Assembly (NCBI GenBank): GCA_001938485.1
Contig: MQRK01183053.1
Coordinates: forward strand, 1-56,955
DNA: 56,955 nt
DNA from: Girardia tigrina
Taxonomy: Eukaryota
Direction: 5' to 3'
Under the pieces are notes generated by a model that was not told the DNA's origin, did no database searches, and was given only the letters and a program-made list of their open reading frames with translations. Within the stretch, counting starts at the first letter, position 1. The number at the start of each line of letters is the position of its first letter. A program made the position numbers and the translations under genes. Below, one piece after another: positions 48,220 to 56,955 of the stretch.

Positions 48220-49305
48220 AAACTAGTAAATCAAAAAAAAATTTAATCCATTCTTTAGGCGGTTAGTACTCTACTTGGTCAACAAAATTTTTTTTATCTT
48301 TTGTAGAAGGTAAAATTACTATTACATTTTTTAATAAATTTTTTTATGTTATTAGTAACTATTTAAATCTTTTGTAGAAAGAAAAATTTCATACAAAACA
48401 ATTTATAACTCTATTTTGCAATTAAACTGATTTCTTTCGCAACTATATTTTTATTTGAATTTATTATTTTGGTTTAAAATTATTACTTTATCGAGAAAAT
48501 ATTGTGAAGTTTTTTACAGGTCATTATTTTCAGATTTTAAGTTTTTATTTTCATTTAAATTGTGGTTAATTTCTTAATCAAAAAACAAAGTGTCTCGTTA
48601 CTTTAATAAATTTAATATCTAATATGTTAAGTTTTACAATATTGAAAAAGTTTAAAAAAGTAAAATAATTAAAAAGTAAAATAATTAAAAAATAATTTTA
48701 ATTATTTACTAATAAATAATAATGCAATTTTTATTTTTTTGTAACTTTGAATTTTTCACTTCTTTTACATTTGTTTCATAATTTTATATAATTTTAAACT
48801 TTTAAAATTTTTTTTTCATTTTTTGCATCAAATTCTTACATTTTAAATCATTTTTACGATATATAAAATACGAAGAACTATTTCTTTCGACTTAATCACT
48901 TTTGTTAGGAGAACTCACAAATTTGTTATAAAAATTATTACAATCATACTTTGAATCATCTTTATGACAACACTTAATAATGCTTTTGCTCATATTCATA
49001 ATAAATGTTTAATACATCTTATCTATTTTTGAAGGCTTTTTACTCAATGACAGTAAATGATTATGTAAAAATGTGATCGAAAAAACTTTTTAAGATCCCG
49101 CATTGGGAAAAAACGGAAAATTCGGAGTTCCCGAACAATATTAATTGCAAGATATCTACTTAACATTATAAGTTTATATTAATTTTTAATGTGTTTTTTT
49201 AATTTAAAATTTTTTAAATCTTAAATTTTTAAAACTTTGTTTGCAAAGTAGATTTTGTCTGCATAAAGAATGTACATAAAAAATTAATTTTTTTGATTTA
49301 CTACT
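48220..49305. repeat. Possible degenerate TIR element; right part also present at ~12530-12765
   Basis: tagtaaatcaaaaaa...cattcttta at 48223 is inverted relative to taaagaatg...ttttgatttacta at 49264-49302. 49060-49300 resembles 12530-12765. Confidence 0.4.
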
Positions 49306-49431
49306 TCAACATTAGAAATTGACTACAAAAACTGCATAAATTATTATTATTATTAATCTAAAATTATTATTGATCTAAAGTAATTGAAACAAAAAAAAGT
49401 ATAGTCAATTTTCGAAATGTATTAAAAAGAA

Positions 49432-51054
49432 TCAAAAAGGATTATTTATCTGATTATATATGAAACGTAACTGATTATTCTCTTTCATCAATTCTTTATT
49501 GCGCCTCATAATCACTTCAAGAAGAGATTTGGAAATGTTATTCTCGGTTTTCATGAGATGATCTATTACATCACATATAAGTTCGCACTTCAAGCGATTT
49601 TCCATTTCGTCCAGAGAGGCGCGAATGATATCTGATTTAATCCATTCTGTATTCTTTCCCGTAAGGTCATTAGAAATAGTAATTGTAGTACAATCTTCCA
49701 TGTCATTACCTTCAAACTTCATCGAATAAACAGATAATTGATTCGGTCCATGTTTCAGAGGTATCGTTTTATGTGATTCCCTCTTTTCCGAAACTAAATC
49801 ATTGTTGCTTTTATTATCGGTGTCCAGATTATTTATTAAGCCACTGATGTTGAAACTATTACTAGAGCTACTTTCCTTATCACTGCTATTCGTTTTCAAG
49901 TTGGATTTTCTTTTAAAAGGTAAATCACTTGAATAATTACTAAACTGATCATCACTGCAAGAAAACAAAGAACTATCACAACAATTCCATTCATCCACAT
50001 CCTCATCTAACTCCGAGGATTCATTCACATCATCGGTACTATCGAAGGCAGTAAATAATTTCCTGGAATCATTTGATAGATTGTATGATAGTCTTTTTTG
50101 ATCATTGATGTATCCATGAGTATTGTTATTGATTGATGGAGGCTGACAAAAACTAAATCCCAGAAATTTGATATCCGATGAATGACTTAATTCGTGAATC
50201 GGCGATTTTACGTTACGCAAATCGAATATCGAAACTAAACCGAAGGAGTCGGCCAATGCGAAGTAATAATCGGCACTCATCGCACATGCTGTGATTGGAT
50301 TAGATAACAAAAACTGTTTCTGGGTTTTTTTTTCATTAGACACAAAAAGAGTAGCGCTATTATCGGCACTGGCGGACAAAAAAAGATGCTTGTTATAGTG
50401 AGAGAATGAGAGATCATTGACTCGTGAATCGTGATTCGTCCATCTTGTCAATTTGATCTCGCGTTCAATGTCGTAAAGAGCGATCGTACCCTTTTCTGAT
50501 CCTGACAAGAGTTGCTCATCTTGCCAGGGATTTGTAGTAATTGTACATGTATAAGGCTCCGTATAATGAGTGAGTACCTGACTTGTAAACGAGGTTGTGT
50601 TAAAGGAAGAGACCTGTCCGGATGAATGAGAGAAGAACCAATACTTATCATTAAAAGAAGTTGACATTCCGGTGACATTGTCCGGGATTTTTCCGCTTGC
50701 TTGATTGAGACACGATTTGAAACGGTACTTTTTCAAATCATATAAGAGGATTTGGGATAAATTATCAATGCCTATCAACCATCGGTTTTGATGAAAGGAA
50801 AAACAATTTAAATCATATATCGATTTCATTGACCACTTTAATGTCCCGGTCATCGTGTGGATATTAAGCCGTTTTTTAAATTTTTCGTAAATCCCAATAT
50901 GTCCATTGTTATTATCAAGACAAACTGATATTTCACCACTGTATTTCAGGGATTTATATTTTGAGGGTGACTTTCCAGAAATGGAAACCATATCGACTTC
51001 ATAACTTGGATTTCCTTTGGAGATGTAGAGATTTAGTTTGGGATCATAATTCAT
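49432..51054 (-). CDS. NEDD1: WD40 protein with C-terminal coiled coil, NEDD1/GCP-WD-like (gamma-tubulin ring targeting factor)
   Basis: Intact 540-aa ORF with WD repeats (LLSGSEKGTIALYD, FSHYNKHLFLSASAD, PITACA..GLVSIFDLR..KSP), a Ser/Asp-rich linker and C-terminal ELMKENNQLR, which fits NEDD1 architecture. Confidence 0.65.
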   Translation of the reverse strand: MNYDPKLNLYISKGNPSYEVDMVSISGKSPSKYKSLKYSGEISVCLDNNNGHIGIYEKFKKRLNIHTMTGTLKWSMKSIYDLNCFSFHQNRWLIGIDNLSQILLYDLKKYRFKSCLNQASGKIPDNVTGMSTSFNDKYWFFSHSSGQVSSFNTTSFTSQVLTHYTEPYTCTITTNPWQDEQLLSGSEKGTIALYDIEREIKLTRWTNHDSRVNDLSFSHYNKHLFLSASADNSATLFVSNEKKTQKQFLLSNPITACAMSADYYFALADSFGLVSIFDLRNVKSPIHELSHSSDIKFLGFSFCQPPSINNNTHGYINDQKRLSYNLSNDSRKLFTAFDSTDDVNESSELDEDVDEWNCCDSSLFSCSDDQFSNYSSDLPFKRKSNLKTNSSDKESSSSNSFNISGLINNLDTDNKSNNDLVSEKRESHKTIPLKHGPNQLSVYSMKFEGNDMEDCTTITISNDLTGKNTEWIKSDIIRASLDEMENRLKCELICDVIDHLMKTENNISKSLLEVIMRRNKELMKENNQLRFIYNQINNPF

Positions 51055-52860
51055 TGGTTAGGGATTTTTTTTTAATATTATTTTACGTATTTTTTAAAAT
51101 CTATATTTAAACAAAATAATATTTAAAATATCATTAAAACAAATTATATTTTTTTAAAGAAAAAACTATGATGGAATAATTTTACTCAATAATTATTTTG
51201 AATTGAGAAGCAATATGTTCTAAAGATTTTGTTGCGTATACAAACTAGAATAAGAATTTTCAATCACGGAAACAACAAGTTATAAATATTTGAAATTCGG
51301 ATTGAGTTATCGTTTTTCGAAAGCTTTAATTCGGTTTCTGTCTCCGGCTTATTGCTTTTTTTAAATATCAAAATCTAAATTAAAATTGGATATAAAATTA
51401 TTATTCATATTCACTGCTTGAAATATCTGTAAAAAGATTCATTAAAAATTTGGATTACTAAAGTTTTAACACTGTTTACCTTTTTTACGTTTTTCTTTAC
51501 TTTTTTTTTTTTTNNNNNNNNNNTACGATTTTTTTCATTAAATTATTGACAATTAAGTTAATCAAAATTTTATTTTAATTTATAAAAAAATATTAAGATA
51601 TCAAATTTTGTCAAAATATATCCACAATATTTTGCTTAATCAACGTTATGACTTGATCTGGATTATTTGCTTTTTATAAAATTAAATTAAAAAAATATTC
51701 TAATTAAAAAAAAATTCATCACATTCTTTTAAATTCAAAAACATTTTTTGCTAGGATTTAATTTCCACCAAAAAATTTTACCCTGATTCTTCATGTAAAC
51801 AAATTTTCTCTGAAATCATAATTAGAATAATAAATAAAATATGAAAAAAAGAAAATTATTAAATTTTTTACACATTTTAAGAAGTTTTTTTTATAATAAT
51901 AATTAGAATAGAAATTTAAATATAATGTTAATGAATTTAAAATAATAAAGAATCATTAAAAATAGATAAATAGTCAAACATTTATTAACTTTTATTCTCA
52001 TTTTTTAATTAGGAATATTTTAAAATAAATTTTTATTATATTAATTATCTAATTTTCAAAATATTTCTGGAACATTTTAGATGCAAATCGAACAAGTCTG
52101 ATCGCGTTGCGATTCTATTTAACCTTTTTGGACCCATTTAAAAAAATAAATAAAAGTTAAATAAATATTTTAAATAATTAAATTAAATATATATAAGTAT
52201 ATATATAAATAAATATATGTGAGATCATCACGTTCATATGGTTTTATGATGATTCAAAATTAATTATGAGTCGATTCTCTTTCAACAATTTCTCAGTGAC
52301 TAATAAAATAATTATTCCTCCACGAATCGATCGTTTTATCATTCGATGAAATTCTGTTTACAATTTTGTAGAATAATCGATTTAAATTGATTTCTGTTTT
52401 CGATGCAGTCATTGGTAACGGAACAATCAATTGATTAAAACAAATGAAAATAGTTTTGACCATCTGTTTTTGTTATTTGCTTTTGAACAAGTAAATTTGA
52501 AATTGACATTGGATTTGTTCAAACCGGATATTCAACGATTCGATAAATTCGTACGAGAATCGGAAAAAGCGACTATTGACAATAATTTGAAAATGTTATG
52601 TAAAAAATACTATTTATCGATACGAATATTTTTTGTGACTTGATTATTATTGTATCGAGATCGGATTTTTATTATTTATTAAATTTGAAAACAATTTAAT
52701 GTAATGTTTCAGAAGCCGATATTGATCGATTAATGAAAACGGTTTGTTTTGATGCATAAATTATGTACGTGACTTTTGTCACAATTTTTAAATTTATGTA
52801 ATCAAAATAAAAGTCAATTTTTCAATTCAATAATTGAATAAAATAAAAATTCAATTTTTA

Positions 52861-53136
52861 ATGAATGCTGTTGAAAGAAGTAATGTTTTGGTCATTGGAG
52901 CGGGCGGTATCGGATATGAATTGGTAAAAAATCTTGTGATGTGGCACTTCAAAAACATAACTGTGCTCGATTTAGACACAATTGGTGTGAATCATTTAAA
53001 TAGACAGTTTTTGTTTCGTAAAAAGCGTGTAGGCAAATTGAAAGCTTTGACCGCAAAAAAAAGTGTGTTAAAGTTTAATCCCGATGTGAATATCGAGACG
53101 AAACACGACGATTTTAACTCAACTGTTTTGAGCTGA
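52861..53136 (+). pseudogene. UBA2: SUMO E1 subunit UBA2/SAE2-like N-terminal fragment
   Basis: VLVIGAGGIG(Y)ELVKNL...DLDTI(GVNH)LNRQFLFRK..VGK.KA, with conserved residues altered and a stop after ~91 aa. Confidence 0.7.
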
Positions 53137-54897
53137 GAATTCAAACGAGACTCATTTCAAGCACACTTCAGTCACGATAACGACTTCATAAATCGACCTA
53201 TTAAAATAAAAAATATTAATTTTAAAAGTGACGATAATAAAAATAATGATACCAGTAAACCAAGAGATAATAAAATACCATTTCAATCTGTTTCTAATGA
53301 TAACACGCACAATCAGGTTCAAAAAGTCATTGATTTCAGCAACCAAATCGATATGGGCGTGCGAATATTCAGTTTGAAATTGAGTAGAGCTCATCAAGCA
53401 GTCGACCAAATCGAGAATGTCGAAAGAAATTCTCTAACAGGAATCGTACATTTCGATATTAAAGACGGTCGTTTGGTCAAGAAAATCGATTCAAAATTAA
53501 GTAAATTTATTGTCGACTCAGACAGTGATGATTCGCTCGTTGAATCGAGGTCAGATAAATCCGATCGAAAATTATCGAGAAATAATTCGAATGAAATCAA
53601 AGCGTCTTCATCGATCATTCCTGACAACCGAATCAAATCTCAATCATATCAAATTGATAAACCGCGTCTGAGAACGATCAGCGAATTTCTATTGGAAACG
53701 AGCACAAAATGCGATTTGAAGTCGGCAATCGAACAATATTTGGCGACAAAATTGTGAAAGAGCTTGTTTCGAATTGTCGCTTTGATTCGCAGACGGAGAA
53801 ATTATGCAATTGTGATATTCAGTGTCAAAAAACTCGCCAACAGTTCTCCATACTATATTCGTGTGATAGATGTGATTCCAGTTAGTAATGAAACTAAAAG
53901 CAGTGACGATCTAAATCGATCCAGTACCGGCGCGATACAACCAGCAGTCTTAATTGGTGAAAATTTTTCTCTAAATCAATTCGATCCGATTTCAAATCCA
54001 ATTGATTCTCAACACACAATCAATCAATCGAATATGAAAGAATATCATTTAAGCTTCAAGGAAAACGAAGTCTTTACAAGTTTTAATTGACTGCAAAAAT
54101 TGAGAGATGAAGCGGAATCATCGTCCGAACAATCATTCGAACCAAAATTATCAGAATCTGATTATGATTTACGAAAACGCTCTGCTGAGATGCAACAATT
54201 TTGTAGCAGAGCGTGGTTGCTCTTGACAGAGCAACCACGCGTCCGGACAATCATCACAGCCATACGTATGATTTCATATTATATTTATTTATATTTCAAG
54301 AAATTAATTAAATATTATTTGATTTTTTTTGTCTAATAGGTGTAAAAAATAAAAGAGAATGCCATTACTTCAATATTGGATATTGTCGAAGTGGCAGACT
54401 TTGAAAATTCAAACATGTTGAGAAACAAATAATTTCGAATACACCAGAAACAAATCAGTATATCGAAGAATCTACGGAAGTTCTTGATGATTTGAAAAAG
54501 GTCAAAATAAGAATGATGAATTTATTACAGAATCAAAAGAACATGAAAACAAAAATAAAGAAATCAGTGTGGCTAAATCAGAATATTTATCTCAAGGACT
54601 TACAGAAAACGAGTTGAAATTGCTAAAACAGTTAGCGAAACTTGAAGAAGCTCCAAGATACACGTGTCACTCTTTCCTTTTGTTGAAACAAGCCGAAGTA
54701 AATTTAAAAGAAGCTGTTAAAGAGAATTGTATTGATCAAATGGGAAAGATTCATAAAATTGATGAAAAACTGCTGAACGAAAGATTGATGGATGCAGTAC
54801 CAATCAAGATGAATAAACTTGAATGTGAAAATAATCGAGTAAATATTGATGAGAATTCATGGTTCATTGCAATTTATAAAATTTTGAGTCCGCTAAT

Positions 54898-56418
54898 ATA
54901 ATTTTATAAAAAATGATATGTTCATACTATTTTCTAATTATGTTAAACGTGTTAAAGATTTATTTTAATACTTCTTTATTTTTTCTCTATATTGCAAATC
55001 GTCTTTTTCTTAATAGATTTAGGTTTTTCTGATATTTTTCAAATTTAGTTTTGAAAGAAAGTTTAAAAAAGATTTGAAAACGTATAACATAAAATTACTC
55101 GGGCCCCTGGTTGTTGGTAACAGTGCCTCTTTAATTGATAAAATTTTGAGTCCGCTTTTTATAAAAGAAAATGTTTATGTTTTAGTGAAAGAAAATAGTA
55201 GCGTAGACTAATGAATGTTACTTAAAATAATTAAATTTTTAACACCAATTTCTTAATTTATTTGTTTTGTTGTTATCATATTGTATGCTTATTTTTCGTC
55301 TACCCTTCTTGTCTTAATTTGGACATGATAGAGATCATTCTATCGTGTTGCCAGGTATGTGTGCAGATTATAATTAGACTTGTTTGTATTTTTCTTTTGA
55401 TTTAAATTAATTTGTATTCTCTAGATCAGATCTTTGCCATCGATTGGAATTTCAAGGTCGTCAATGATTATTTATGTCTTTTCGTGTGAGTCAAATTGTT
55501 TTTGTTTTATTTTTTTACTTATTTTGCATNNNNNNNNNNNNNNNNNNNNNNNNNNNNNNNNNNNNNNNNNNNNNNNNNNATAATATTTTATAATTTCATA
55601 AAAAAATAATAATTGTGAAAGTCCTTGTCGCTATAATTAATTATAAATTATTGTTTTAATTTTTCGATATGTTAAAGTAGAGGTTTATTGATGTAGAGTA
55701 CCTTTACATCATTTATTTTGATTTATGAAACTTTATATTTAGTTGTAGTTATATATTTATCAGATTTTATTTTAATATGATAATTTTATAAAAAATGATA
55801 TGTTCATACTATTTTCTAATTATGTTAAATGTGTTTAAGATTTATTTTAATACTTCTTTATTTTTATTTTTTCTCTATATTGCAAATCGTCTTTTTCTTA
55901 ATAGATTTAGGTTTTTCTGATATTTTTCAAATTTAGTTTTGAAAGAAAGTTTAAAAAAGATTTTGAAACGTATAACATAAAATTACTCGGGCCCCTGGTT
56001 GTTGGTAACAGTGCCTCTTTAATTGATAAAATTTTGAGTCCGCTTTTTATAAAAGAAAATGTTTATGTTTTAGTGAAAGAAAATAGTAGCGTAGACTAAT
56101 GAATGTTACTTAAAATAATTAAATTTTTAACACCAATTTCTTAATTTATTTGTTTTGTTGTTATCATATTGTATGCTTATTTTTCGTCTACCCTTCTTGT
56201 CTTAATTTGGACATGATATAGATCATTCTATCGTGTTGCCAGGTATGTGTGCAGATTATAATTAGACTTGTTTGTATTTTTCTTTTGATTTAAATTAATT
56301 TAGTATTCTCTAGATCAGATCTTTGCCATCGATTGGAATTTCAAGGTCGTCAATGATTATTTATGTCTTTTCGTGTGAGTCAAATTGTTTTTGTTTTATT
56401 TTTTTACTTATTTTGCAT
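54898..56418. repeat. Near-identical ~630-bp direct duplication flanking an N gap (54898-55529 / 55780-56418)
   Basis: The sequences match apart from a few SNPs and indels, and the first copy ends at the gap. Confidence 0.9.
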
Positions 56419-56955
56419 GAATTCGAAATGTTGATTTATCGTCATTTTAGACTTTTCTTCGATATAATGACTTTGAATCTGGAAATTCCACCGTCAGAAA
56501 GCACCTGAATAATTATGGACTTGAGGATTGGTTTTGGAAACCTCAGATATTTTTGTTATTTTTCTTAAATACTATATTATTTCGAGCAATTCATTGCCTT
56601 TTTTGATTTTCTTTATTATCAGTTGATTGGTAATAAATCATTCATTGGTTTTAATTATTCTTGTTAATTTCATTGAAATTATCGTTAAAATCTCTCAAAT
56701 TAATGTTAATTTATCTTAAAATTCTCTTTTTTATCAAAATTAATTTATTATTTTTAAACAATTTGAAGTTTTCTATTAAATTTCACCACTAAAATCGATT
56801 TTAACTTAATTTTAAACAAAATATTTTTTTCAATGATTTCGCAACTGTCGCTATACAGTTGTTTAACTATTTCACTTGAATTCAACGATAAACGGTGCCA
56901 CGTCGATTGACATCTGGTTATAGATGTAGAATTCCATCCTCGATTTATCTTTAAT

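Noticed and set aside
54898-56418. Tandem duplication as a biological event
   Set aside because: Near-identical copies abut an N gap, so unmerged contig overlap or haplotypes are more likely.

Overview
This is very AT-rich eukaryotic DNA from a draft assembly with N gaps; I cannot identify the organism from the sequence. About 1-46.5 kb is a nested, mostly decayed transposon field. It holds three Ty3/Gypsy-like lineages (five pieces), an RTE-like LINE nested in one of them, a Tc1 element, a hAT (Buster/GTF2IRD2-type) relic and MULE fragments. It also holds a TTAA-flanked piggyBac-like non-autonomous element, a 4.4-kb TGT...ACA insertion with a 4-bp TSD, and two 5'-truncated Penelope-like (GIY-YIG) inserts that each carry a minimal hammerhead ribozyme motif. 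Within this field are five copies (four complete and open, one cut by a gap) of an unrecognised ~160-aa gene built from two Tc1/IS630-like HTH repeats, spread by inverted segmental duplications. One of these duplications forms a ~9.7-kb imperfect palindrome centred on a Penelope/hammerhead insert. An intact FkbM-family methyltransferase also sits in the field. The right end carries an intronless NEDD1/GCP-WD-like gene and a decayed UBA2-like fragment. The best leads are the tandem-HTH gene family, an ankyrin-like domain in frame with a Gypsy integrase C-terminus, the palindrome, the hammerheads and the 4.4-kb insertion. All family assignments come from motif recognition by eye, not database searches.
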